Of a stretch of 64,000 nt of DNA, positions 1 through 11,197 are shown piece after piece. The stretch is taken from assembly GCA_950097015.1 (NCBI GenBank), contig CATNEN010000038.1, positions 15,872,001 to 15,936,000 on the forward strand, given 5' to 3'. Made by a program: the position numbers and the translations under genes. This DNA is from Macrostomum hystrix (lineage: Eukaryota; Animalia; Platyhelminthes). The notes under the pieces were generated by a model. The model worked only from the letters and a program-made list of their open reading frames with translations. It did not search any database and was not told the DNA's origin. The first letter of the stretch is position 1; each line of letters begins with the position of its first letter.

Positions 1-348
1 CACTGCGCCTCAGTGCGGCCTTGCCAGGTCTTCAAAATGTATCATCATGTCACCCGAATGTGCCTGCATCATCTCTGACTTCGGTGGTCTTCTAAACTTA
101 TCTAGACGGACTGCTGGACCTTCAAGGGCTACAACAGGTGTAACTATGCCACTATGGACGCCCTGACGCGAATTAGTCCGATTTCACTGATCAAGCTTAA
201 ACATTAGGCGCAGCTCAACCACAGGACAACCTCGCCTAGTCTGTCAACCAACCATATCACCACCCAACGCTGCTAGCATTCAGGTGCTGCTAAAAAATTT
301 CAGGGGGAACTGCAGTTTGTCTAAAGAAGCCATCGAGGCTCATTGTTG

Positions 349-3300
349 TCACCCGCGCCGACTCGCCATAATCTGGCGGATCCAGTCCACGTAGGCGCTG
401 ATGCGCATGAAATTAGCCGGATAGAGCTCCGGATTGGCCCCGGCTGCTGCGGATGAAGCGATGCCAGCCAGGTAAGGCACGCCCTTGTACTCGCAGCGAA
501 GGCCACCGCCGCTGTCACCCTGCAAATTATATTGGCTATTAGAAATTTAACTTAAATATATATAGTGCCTCAGATGAAAAAGGGTTAGAATATTGCACTT
601 CCCGGTCAAATTGGTCCTTGGTTTTGCCGTCGCTTGAGATATTCTATGACCAAATCTGCTGATTTTGTTTCACTCAATTTAATCCTGGGGGCACCTATTT
701 CGCGCATGTATTTGAAAATCGCATTATTTTGTAAGTCGCAAGCATGCGTGATTCTGACAGTATAGCGCCAGCTTTATAACTGCTGATGGAGAATAAGCGA
801 GGCGTGAGCATGCTGAATGGCTCCTAGGCCTTCCAGCTGAATGTCATTCGATTTACGTTGGATGCATCGCTCGCTGAAGATCCTATTTTATAAGTCCCTG
901 CTCGCATACCAAAGTACTCGTAAAACAGAGGACTACTTAGGTTAGGAATTCATCGAGGAGAACTGTATTTGATAATATTGTTCCTTATTATGTTACCATT
1001 CCAGTTTTTTCATGAGTTGCAATCAATTGATCAGTGCTCCGCTTCTTTTAAACAAGCGATTTTAATCAAGGAATGTCACAATGCAGCGGGGGGTAGGTGG
1101 CAGAGCGGTAGACGCGTTTACCTCACGCACTAATGTCCCTAAGCTCGAATCCGCAACGAGGCCACAATAATTTGGGGCGGAGAGAGGGCTTTGGGGCTTT
1201 TCGTGAAATTTACGACCTTGAGGGCCAACCTCTAAGGTATAGTAACACTACCTGACGATGAGAAAATCAGGCCTGCATACAGTATATCTGTGTGTGTGTG
1301 CTCAGGAGTCAGCGAAATGGACAGAATCGAATCCTCGCTGGCTACTCATTTCGAGTCACCAAACAATTATTAGCAAAGCTGCAATTGCAACGCGTCGAAA
1401 TTTTACTAAGCAGAAATTTCACAACGTCGAGCGACACTCTTTCTTAAGATCGAAATTTCGAAACGTCGAAATTACTCGACGTCGAAATTTATTATTGTCG
1501 AAAATTTTATCCAGCCATTTCACAACACAAAAAAATTTTAATGCTGTTATTCTTAACAATGCCGAATTATCGTAGGCCTTAAATATAACACTAATGGGTA
1601 GCATTTGTATGAGTTATTTATCTGACATAACATGGCATGATGAGTGCTAACTGCTTTCCTGCAACGGAAGTTTCGGATCTGAATTCGGAGTTATGAAATT
1701 TCAACGTTAGGATATTTCGGGTTTTTGAAGTTTCCTTGATTAAAAGTAAAAGTACCTCTCGCGGTACAGTTTTTATGGCTGTCTTTAGGTGCGCCAATTT
1801 TTGATGCATCATAACTCACCGGACAAACGGTTGTCCTGTTGGCCTGAACGCACAGGTTTTTGTGCCACAACAGCGGATCACCATCGCGGTAGGTGCTGGT
1901 ACACAGGCTCAGCGGCTTCACCGTGAAGTTGGCCATCAGGAGTTTCTCGCGAACTCCGCCGCTAGGCCGGGTGCAGCCCCAGCCGGAGTAGAAGCAGAGC
2001 TCACCTGGCGCTGGGCCGTTGGCTGCCACCACCTCGCTGGGCGGCAGCTCGATCGGTCCCGCGTAACTGATCTTATCGTAGCGAATGTCCGACGTCTCAA
2101 TAACTGCTACGTCGTGTAGAATGCTGTCTGTATAAATAGGTAAGTCGGTATAAAAGGTGAAGCTGTAGTAATGCGTCCGACTATTAAGCCATGGTTCATG
2201 AGCCTGATGGTTGGAAATTCAAGGAAGTTGTACAATCCCGTGTGCGCATGTGCTCAGGGTTCAGCGGAACGAACAGAATCGCATTCTCGCTCGCTGCATG
2301 GTCAACCAGTATCTAAAATAAGTGCGTCAAAGCCTACAGATCCTTACGAAAAATAGTTACATTTTAATTTCGATTCCGCGGTGAGGCCACAGTAGTTTGT
2401 GGCGCAGCCACAGAGAAAAGGCTTGAATGTGTGTCGTGCAATTTGCGCCCTTGAGGGCCAATCTCCAAGGCAGAGTGAATAAAGTGTACACTGCTTGACG
2501 ATGAGAAAGTGTGAGAGTATGCCTGCGTACGGTATCTTTTTGCGTGTGTGCTCAGGAGTCAGCGGAATGGGCAGAATTGCCTCCTCGCTGGCTGCGGGTC
2601 TAGTGTCACTAAATGATGTGCCACTGCCCGCAGCCCTCCTGCAATTATTATATTTCTTATTTTATTAAGCAGCACAGATTAACTTCATCGAATATTCCCA
2701 GTAGCAACTCAAGCGATCGATATACGTCGAACTCGTGTTTAAGAAATCAAGACTTACCTTTGTTGTATCCAGGATGAATATGTATTTTTTTAAAATGAGC
2801 GTGATGGGCGACATTGCTAGCAATGTTACTTCCAGTTAACCTGAAGTTTAAAGTATTTTTATTTACTTTTTAATGAAATTTTAGGGTGGTACGCAGACTT
2901 TTTAGTTTGGTGCTCAAACTTACTTTGCTGCCTTGCGTGCAAACCAGCTTTTCATTCGGTCATACACTGACGGCTTGCGATTCACGCTGTGCATGTACAC
3001 CCTCCAGTTGCTGGAGGCTATCCTGTGGCAAGGTTTAGGTTATGCGCAGAGCTAATTTGTGGAGAGCCCATGCAGCTATCGCGCGGTGCATCTAAAGGTT
3101 GCCTACGGCTTTTCAGCCCATGGACTGGTGGGACGTCACCCCGCTTATCGATTCATAATATTTTGAGCCAGAATATGAGACACTGGAGACAAAAAGTTGG
3201 GATCGAATTCTAAGGAACTTGGCAAATACTCGCAGCCCGTTCGAAGACTATTAGTTTTGCAGACTATTGGCGATTTCGGTAATTTCGCTGTATACGATTC

Positions 3301-3690
3301 ACGATAAATTCTGCCGCGATGCACTCACAGGTTGCCGTCAGAGTCCAACAAGCAATGAGCCGCCGTGATGACATGATTTAGATCTAGTAGGCTCGCACCG
3401 CAGTGCACTTGCTTCTGAGTGAAAAATCTCAGCGTCATGAAGCCGACCTTCTTAGGCTCGCTAACATAGTAGGAGCCTGTGATAGTGACGGAGAAGGGAA
3501 ACAGTCGTTGCTTCTGCTCCTTGCTCACTTCGTCAGCGTTGCCGATGATTCTACGAACTCGACTCAGTTGTCGTCCGCTGTCAGCTTCCGTTCGCAGGGT
3601 TGCCGCATCACAGCAAGTTGATAAGGATAAGATCGACACTGACGTCAGCACAATGAGTGCCAACAATATTTCGCTTATATTAACAGCCAT
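349..3690 (-). CDS. Secreted S1 (chymotrypsin-fold) serine protease, 5 exons (approx. 3690-3329, 2986-2924, 2840-2758, 2129-1820, 519-349)
   Basis: Signal peptide, RVRR|IIG activation site, CGASL and TAAHC (His), IHPGYN, HDVAVI (Asp), SGWG, GDSGG (Ser). Exons join in phase at GT-AG sites. Confidence 0.92.
1088..1350 (+). mobile_element. SINE-like interspersed repeat (family B) with tRNA-like head
   Basis: A-box-like GGTGGCAGAGCGG and B-box-like GCTCGAATCC; body shared with 2366-2600 and, inverted, with 46965-47220. Confidence 0.65.
2366..2600 (+). mobile_element. SINE family B copy, 5'-truncated
   Basis: Colinear with 1145-1345 (CCTTGAGGGCCAA, GACGATGAGAAA, TGTGCTCAGGAGTCAGCG). Confidence 0.65.
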
Positions 3691-4539
3691 TTTTGGATTT
3701 TCTCCAGCAAGATATTTCGCTAAGGCTCGCTTTAGCTTTAAAAAATTTGCCTAACAAGTCCACCATGGCTCTGTATTACATGCAGAACTTTTTATAAAGA
3801 TTAGAGTTTATAATTTAAACAGCGGTCAGGTTACAGTTAGTATCAGCTACGATCCAAGATTACAGATTGGACTGTAAAAATGGAACTGCATATCTTGGGT
3901 AACACAAGTTTACAATGCAAATTGTCAGTTTATCTACATGAGAACAACGACTTTTAAGTTTTCGAAAAGCTCAGCTCGTAAATTCAGAGTAAGACCCGGG
4001 CAAAGCGAGCGATATTTGTCTAGATTTAGTGATATTACAAATAGACAGTAGAAGACTTAGTAGACAGTAAATAGACTGACTGTCTACTGAAAGTTTAAGA
4101 AACTTTTACGACTAAAATGTTGCCCTCTCATAACTAGCACGATTACTATATGGATATAAATGCATAAGGGTATTTCAGCGAACGAGTCAATGATGTGACT
4201 ATAAACTATTTATACGCTAGCAGCGTGCTCAACACAACAGATTTTCATCATTGTCTGACAGAAGTAGTTTAGGCAAAAACATTGATGAAAAATTTAATTA
4301 CAGGTAGAAATATAGAATTATAAAAAAGTTCACTAGAGCTATGCCACGTGCACAAAAAGCTGGTCGAGCTTAATCAACGTGCCCCTCACCAAGACCAGAG
4401 TATCCTGCATGTATCTTACTACAGGTCATAAGGATAATCTGAATCTCATGAAGCCATAAACAACCTGCCCAGTTAAAATTAGCCTATAGAAGACGCACTT
4501 ATAACTCACAACGATACTCTCCTATAATTGTATATTAAT

Positions 4540-5400
4540 ATACCATAAATACTACATTAACGCCTAACGGCGCCCTCTGATTTTCCATTAACGCCCCTTT
4601 AAGCATGGGTATCAATTTTTATTGTACAATAGACGTTTTTGCCCAAGCTATACTTTCAGAGACAGAGACGGGGTGTGGGGCAGAGCCCCCACTTCGGGGT
4701 GCCATAGACATTGTAGCCTCAGTAAACCATTCCTATAGGCCGATGCCTTTTTGCGGGCGGTTAATGTTTAATGGTTATTAACTGCCCGGAAGAAAATTTC
4801 CGAGCATTAATTCATCTATGGCCATTAACGGGCAAGACTTTTCGCCCGCCGGGCAAAAATTTCATGGTACACTATCCATTATAAGGCTTCAGCAACGTAT
4901 TATGGTATAAACGATCACTCAGCGATAATGGCATGTCTATGGCACAAACTGCGCCAATCCGCCATGAGCCAGAAGCTGACAAAATTTGGACGCTTATATT
5001 TGTTTCTTTAATTATCAATTAAAGTATTTTACCAACTGGTAAAAGCATTATAAGGCTTCAGGCCATAGACAAATCAACTCCCCCTATAACGCCGTTGCTT
5101 GTCGACCGACAGCCGCCAGATAGCGTTATAGGGGGAATTGATTTGTCTATGGCCTGAAGCCTTATAATGCTTTTACCGGTTGGCTGCCTCGCAGTTAATG
5201 GCGATTACGATCTCGGCGCTACGCGCCTCGATCGACCGCCATTAACTTGCTCGGCACCCAACCGGTAAAGTTCCATTAACGCCCTTAAGCATACGCGTGT
5301 TGAAACGAGGTTGAAACTAACGGCAGCCCGCCCTCTACTGTTGTCTATGGTCGAATTCCATAGATATGCACAGCGGGCGGGGCCATGAAACGAGTTTCAC
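4540..5400. mobile_element. Non-autonomous Crypton-related element with large internal palindromes
   Basis: 4570-4710 matches the left end of the Crypton at about 16215-16345 (GGGTATCAATTTTT...AGACGTTTTTGCCCAAGCTATACTTTCAGAG). Repeated CCATAGAC/GTCTATGG motifs. About 60-bp inverted repeat at 5031-5092/5123-5183. Confidence 0.6.
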
Positions 5401-5714
5401 GCATGCTAACTACAATATACCAATACTGACAGGCTGCAGAGGGCTGAAACGATGTAAAAAGTTGAGGTGCGGAGCTAATAAATCAAACATTGAGGCGTGT
5501 AATATCTAAATGAAAGATTTAATTACAGAATAGTGAACACATTCGGGCTTCATTTTGCAGAGAATCATACGCTAATTCAATGACTTAGATGACACGTTTA
5601 CTGATACTCAAAAACTTAAACAGCTATAAAAGCAAAGCACTCTAAAAATGCATGAAGCTTTCCGTGGACAATAAAATAGTATAGGCACAAGCTCTTGAGC
5701 GAGAATGAAACTAT

Positions 5715-6776
5715 TTAATGACTTTCGTAAAAAAACGGGTTGTTTTTCAAGTCTAACATAGATTTCATTAATTCTCCTAGATTGGGCTTTAGCAACTCTA
5801 CAGGAGGTGAGAAGTATTGCACATTGAGCGACTTGGCACGTTTCAATGCCGCCAGTCTCAATTGAGGCAAACGATTCAAACGATGAGGAAATCCTGGCAA
5901 AACGTAAGTCTTATTAGGATCGTATGCTTTCAATGGTTTCGCGAAGTCGGGAACAATGTACACCAAGTTATCTAGCCTGGGTAAAAATGACGTGATGCAC
6001 CCATCAGTGAAGTCGTAAGGCAGAATCTCGTTCATTAAGCACAACATGCCTTTTTCGCGACTCTCTTTATTGAAAAATCCTCCGGGGAAGAATATTTTGA
6101 ATAAAGAGGCCAGCATGGCTGACCTGCCTAGTCCAGGACCGCACATGTGCAAACGAAACGGCTGCCTAGACTCGCGATTAAAGCGTATAACGTGGCGCAT
6201 TTCTTGACTGAATGAGGATAGCACCTCAGCCGACATGGATGAACTAAAGGCCAGGTCTATAATCATGGTATCACAGAACGGGAACTCCAGTGCTTGTCTT
6301 GCCTTATAAAAATGTTTGGTGTCCTCAACAGACCACAGCGGAACGGCACTCGGTATCTTTTCAGTGAAGGTCAGGGGATCTTTCTGTGAAATATGCTGAA
6401 GACGATAGATCCTGAGCAGTGCGCGATTCAATGACCTGTGGTCTGGACATGCCAGCAGTTCCAGCCATTGTTTGTCAAATATTTTATCGCAGTCCGGTAG
6501 GAAGCTAGCAACTGATGGCTCCGATTTTTTCAGTTCTAACTGTAAGCGCAGAAGATCAAACCGGGTTCTCTCAGTCATTGTCAAATTCAACAATACATCC
6601 TTGGCGCTTCGATAGCCTTCATAATCAGGAATAACAAATGGAGAAGAGAAGTCCATCTGCAGATCATAAGGCTGCGGCGGATCCAGCTTCCACGTGTTTT
6701 TAGACGCTAAGAGCAGTTTAAAAGGCCTGCTAATCGAAGTGAAACGATACAGTCGACCTGCCGTTAATGAAATCAT
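5715..6776 (-). CDS. TRMT10C: TRMT10C/MRPP1-like paralogue 1 (highly diverged SPOUT methyltransferase)
   Basis: 353-aa ORF colinear with the neighbouring paralogues (WLELL, DLAF..M, FNRES..PF.LH.C, YDPNKTY); SAM-loop motifs are degenerate. Confidence 0.75.
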   Translation of the reverse strand: MISLTAGRLYRFTSISRPFKLLLASKNTWKLDPPQPYDLQMDFSSPFVIPDYEGYRSAKDVLLNLTMTERTRFDLLRLQLELKKSEPSVASFLPDCDKIFDKQWLELLACPDHRSLNRALLRIYRLQHISQKDPLTFTEKIPSAVPLWSVEDTKHFYKARQALEFPFCDTMIIDLAFSSSMSAEVLSSFSQEMRHVIRFNRESRQPFRLHMCGPGLGRSAMLASLFKIFFPGGFFNKESREKGMLCLMNEILPYDFTDGCITSFLPRLDNLVYIVPDFAKPLKAYDPNKTYVLPGFPHRLNRLPQLRLAALKRAKSLNVQYFSPPVELLKPNLGELMKSMLDLKNNPFFYESH

Positions 6777-7469
6777 CTCGCAAATAGTGCTGAAATGAGA
6801 CAGTAAATAACGAAACCTTTTTACAGAAACGTTACGTTTCTAATCAATGGCATAACTTGTAATAATCTGTCTGTTTAATATAGTATGGAAATATATTACA
6901 TTGCTATGAACTTAAAATACCTAAATACTTACATACTAGGGCAAAGGAAATAAGTATGTAGCTTACTCACATATTAGCTGACAGAAGTTGATGAGTTAGC
7001 TAACAAAAGTAGTTCAAAAACTATAAATAAAATTAACGCCAAACTCTTGGTAATTTACGAGTAAATACGGATATTTAAATGCGTAATTTCAAGTATGCGA
7101 ATCCGTAATAGTCTACTCTTACAAAATACACAATTTTGACTGAGCTGTAAAATTTTTAAATAAGGAAATAAACGGGTATAGTACACAATATAATAATTAA
7201 ATATATCAGATAAATGTTTATTCCAAGCACTACATAGTACTGCACAGAATGAAAAAAAACTATGTTCACGCTAGTATTTAATACAGAAACAGTTAATAAA
7301 GTCAAACAAATGCCACTAACATAAGAACGAGAATTAAAAAAAAGAAACAAGCGCAGATGTGCGCTTTTTTAGAACTAACGAACGGGTTTATTTTAATGCA
7401 TGCATTAAGGGGTGTTTCAGTAACACTGAAATTTCAGTGAGTTCTTAATTACTTTCTCGGGCTTAAAAA

Positions 7470-8654
7470 CTAGGTCTGATGCCCATAAAGCAAGGAATGC
7501 AAAGCGATCGGCGACTTAATGGCACTCTGTTGCCGCGTCATGCGCTTTGGCAGGTGCTTACTTGCCTCTGTCCAAATAGCTGATAGGCGAACCTCTTGAA
7601 TAATGCTGAAGAGTATATTCAAAGGTAATGCCTTGGGCGCGATACGTCTGGGAATACGAAGACACTGAAGGCCCTGCATTGCAGCCTTAGACTTAGCGTC
7701 GCGGGAACTTTTTCCAGTAATATCCACAACACCAGAAATGATGTAGATTTTAGTTGGATCGTAATCCTGCATTTCCTGCCTGGCATGCAGTGTGAGGTAC
7801 ACAAGCTCATTAGTAGGAAACATTGTCGTGTAGCAGGATTCGCTAAACATGTATGGCAAGCGATCTTCAAACGAGTCAATGGTTAAATCGAAACGGCCCA
7901 CTTCATTCACTTGAGTGGTATTAAGCTGTCGATTCATAATATAGTACTGCTGGGTGTTGCGCTTGAGGTTACAAAAGTGCAACTGAAACGGCTCAGCCGA
8001 CTCATGATTTAAATGGAAGATTATCTTTAACTGACGGACCATGTCCGACAAAGTTTTTGTCGTCATCTGCTTGTGAAAAGACATGTCAAAAACCAGTGTC
8101 GGACAGAATGGATACTCGTGTATCATTCGTAGATCGTAGAACGCTTGAAATTCAGGTTTTTCCAGTCTGGTGTGAATGTAGTCCCAGGAAGGCTTTCCCC
8201 AGTCGCCGGAACTCCCCTTTCCGGCCTTTAGTGAAGCAGAGCCGGAAAACTGTTTTGTAGCCAAATAGCTCAACGTATTTCCCAGAGCCAGGTTCGAATT
8301 GCAGGACAGCAACTGAACCCATTCGAAGCTGTTGATCTTGTCTTTGTCTGGAACGCGCAACTTTCCGAGCGCCACCTGGATGTCAATCTGTTCGCCAATG
8401 TCACGCATGCGCTTCTTATCAAGGTCGCTCAGATTAGCTAGTACATCATCTGGCGACTTGGTGTGGTCATTCAGGTAGACCAGAGGCTCACGCTCGCCAT
8501 TCTCATCGGTGCGAACCCACGAATAGTCCAGGTTCAGATCGTAATCAGGAAAGTTTCTTTTGCTTCTAGAAGCAAACCCTGACACGAAATCTCGATTTGG
8601 GAGCAACCTCACTGGCAATTGCCAGGAAAGCAGAACTTTGTTGAGTAGAGACAG
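7470..8654 (-). CDS. TRMT10C: TRMT10C/MRPP1-like paralogue 2; coding exon starts at a splice acceptor
   Basis: LVFDMSF, QL, PFQLHFCNL, LVYLT, YDPTKIYIISGVVD, W.EA..H.P.R motifs of the Trm10 family; TTTTCAG acceptor before codon CTG at 8654. Confidence 0.85.
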   Translation of the reverse strand: MSLLNKVLLSWQLPVRLLPNRDFVSGFASRSKRNFPDYDLNLDYSWVRTDENGEREPLVYLNDHTKSPDDVLANLSDLDKKRMRDIGEQIDIQVALGKLRVPDKDKINSFEWVQLLSCNSNLALGNTLSYLATKQFSGSASLKAGKGSSGDWGKPSWDYIHTRLEKPEFQAFYDLRMIHEYPFCPTLVFDMSFHKQMTTKTLSDMVRQLKIIFHLNHESAEPFQLHFCNLKRNTQQYYIMNRQLNTTQVNEVGRFDLTIDSFEDRLPYMFSESCYTTMFPTNELVYLTLHARQEMQDYDPTKIYIISGVVDITGKSSRDAKSKAAMQGLQCLRIPRRIAPKALPLNILFSIIQEVRLSAIWTEASKHLPKRMTRQQSAIKSPIALHSLLYGHQT

Positions 8655-9265
8655 CTGAAAATTTATATTAGGCCAAGGGTAATGACTCCGTAAACACACA
8701 TTCAATACAATCGCATTTAGCTTACATGGCAAAATATTGCCCGAAATCCTTCGATGTAAGCGGTCAATGCTGGTTCAGGTATTGATAACACGTACAATTC
8801 AGTATTTACTCTCTAGTCAGGAGAGCGCTAATTACGATTTAGATGCGTAATGTAAATAAATGTTTGTAGATAATAACAATTCTAATTGAATATCCAGAAA
8901 AATATACTTGCTTCTGTTTATTACAACGACCACAACAAAAGCGAAATTATGATTAAAATCACCGTTCGCAGTGCAAAACAAAGAAATAATAGTACATCAG
9001 CACGGCAATGCACGTACAAAATATTTGCTAAGAAACAGCGTCCTAATGACGAGTAATACACAATGCACAGAAGTAGCCGAATTAAGCAAATGCGAGTTTT
9101 TATAGGGCCAATGAGAACTTCAGGTGGCTGCTTCAAAAAAGCAATCAACATTTGGTGTCCGTTTATAAGCAGCAGGTATACTCATAACTCAAATTTTCTG
9201 GAAAAGCTCACTCAGTCTGTAAGCCTTGAAGTGATTTCTGGACTAAAAAACTATTGACGACAACA

Positions 9266-10492
9266 TTAAGCCCGAAAAACGTTCTTATCGAATTTCGATG
9301 ACTTTTGTCCATACAACAAAGACGGTTCAGAGGTGGGTGACTTTGTTGTCTTCGGCTGCAGCATGCGCTTCGGCATGTGCTTCGTGGCCTCCATCCAAGA
9401 GCCCGATAGACGAACCTCCTGCATGATGTCGAAGAATATATTCAAAGGCAGCGACTTGCAGGCCACAGTTCGAGGAAGGCGAAGGCTACGAATGCCCTGC
9501 ACTGCGGCCTTGGACTTGGTGACGCCGACGCAGTTGCCGGAGAGGTCGACAAGGCCACCAATGATGTAGACCTTGGAGGGATCGTACTCCCGCATCTCCT
9601 GCTTCGCGTTCGGAGACATATAAATCAGATCCTTCGTAGGGAACAGACTCGTGTAGCAGTCTTCCGTGAACGAGTAGGGCCAGCAGTCTTCGAATGAGCT
9701 GGGACAATCTGAAGTAATTAAGTCCTTTGCTTGATTCTTCAGCTGCCTGTTCAATACGTAGTATTGCTGCGTGTTGCGCTTAAGATTGCAAAAGTGTAAT
9801 TGAAACGGTTCAGCGCACTCGCGATTCGACTGAAATATGTATTTCAATTGATTAGCCTGGTCCGCATGACATCGAGCATTCATGTCTTTGTCGAAAGACA
9901 TGTCAAACACCAGCGATGGACAGTACGGATACTCGTGAATTAGGCGGAGGTCGTAGAATTCCTGACATTCAGGCTTCTCTATCCTGGTGCGGATGAAGTC
10001 CCAGGAAGAATTTTCGGATGTCCTGGCTGAATTAGTTCTTTCTTGCTCTTTTTCGACCTTTTTCTTTAACTCACTCTCAGCTGAAAGCTGCTTGGTGGCT
10101 ATGTAGTAAAGCCTCTTACTCAAAGTGCCGTTTGAGTTACAGGACAGCAACTGTAGCCAATCATAATTTGTGATCTTGTCTTTGTCTGGAACGCGCAACT
10201 TTCCAAGCGCCACCTGGATGTCAATCTGTTCGCTAATGTCCCGCATGCGCTTCTTATCAAAGTCGCTCAGATTAGCTAGCACATCATCTGGCGACTTGGT
10301 GTGGTCATTCAGGTAGACCAGATGCTCACGTCTGCCATTTGGATCTCTGCGAACCCAAGAATAGTCCAGGTTCAGTTCGTAATCGGCTAGAAACTTTTTG
10401 CGCCTCAAACCAGTGCTGCTTGCCAACTCGCGGCAGGTGAGCAGCCGCACTGGCGACTGCCATCGACACAGGTATTTGTTGAGCAGGGACAA
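9266..10492 (-). CDS. TRMT10C: TRMT10C/MRPP1-like paralogue 3; starts at a splice acceptor
   Basis: Trm10 motifs YMSPNA and YIIGGLVD; Arg/Leu/Ser-rich transit-peptide-like N-terminus; TTTCAG|TTG acceptor at 10493. Confidence 0.88.
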   Translation of the reverse strand: MSLLNKYLCRWQSPVRLLTCRELASSTGLRRKKFLADYELNLDYSWVRRDPNGRREHLVYLNDHTKSPDDVLANLSDFDKKRMRDISEQIDIQVALGKLRVPDKDKITNYDWLQLLSCNSNGTLSKRLYYIATKQLSAESELKKKVEKEQERTNSARTSENSSWDFIRTRIEKPECQEFYDLRLIHEYPYCPSLVFDMSFDKDMNARCHADQANQLKYIFQSNRECAEPFQLHFCNLKRNTQQYYVLNRQLKNQAKDLITSDCPSSFEDCWPYSFTEDCYTSLFPTKDLIYMSPNAKQEMREYDPSKVYIIGGLVDLSGNCVGVTKSKAAVQGIRSLRLPRTVACKSLPLNIFFDIMQEVRLSGSWMEATKHMPKRMLQPKTTKSPTSEPSLLYGQKSSKFDKNVFRA

Positions 10493-11197
10493 CTGAAACG
10501 GAATTTGGAAAAAGTTTTCTTGTGAAAAGAAAACCAGAATGATGTCCGACTAAGTAGGTAGTAACAATTAATTTATGCTATCTATGAACTTAGTAATAAC
10601 CAAAATTGTGTGTCTTAAACTAACCTTAAAACACATATTTTTACTGGATGCAAATGTTTACTGGAACAGGAAGGAAACAGATTCCTACATTACATAATAA
10701 AATGCTACAAATTTGACATCACTGATTCAGCTCTAAATAAAAAATACATTTCAAGACACGAGAACCGCTTGTATGATACATAAGACAGATTGCTGATACG
10801 GTATATTTTTTTCTGCACTGCTTACTTGTGACAGTTTAATTAAAAAACTACGATTCCAGGTACAATGAAACATATCAAGTGGATGTAAATGACCAACAAA
10901 TTTTTACTTTCTACCTTTCTGATAGAGGGTCCATAGAGACAGCAAACGAGCTTGACAAACAAAGAACAGGTGTCACGAAACCTGTTATGCCCATTCTGCA
11001 CCATTTCACAAACATAAGAAAAATGATAAAAACAGAAAGCAATGATTGCTGCTCAATAAATAGACCAACAATTTAAATCCAATGTCATTAAAAATTTCTA
11101 CGTATATGATTACAAAACATACCTCAAAAATAGCAATTAACATAGCAGGGACAGTACTACAAGCTACAAGTAAAAATGCATAAACAAACTAGGTTGG

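Noticed and set aside
1-300. Possible 3' end of a LINE (Cys/His knuckle-like)
   Set aside because: Too short and frameshifted at the window edge to support.
8655-8732. N-terminal extension MPCKLNAIV... of TRMT10C copy 2
   Set aside because: Non-ATG start; homology with the other copies begins exactly at the splice acceptor.
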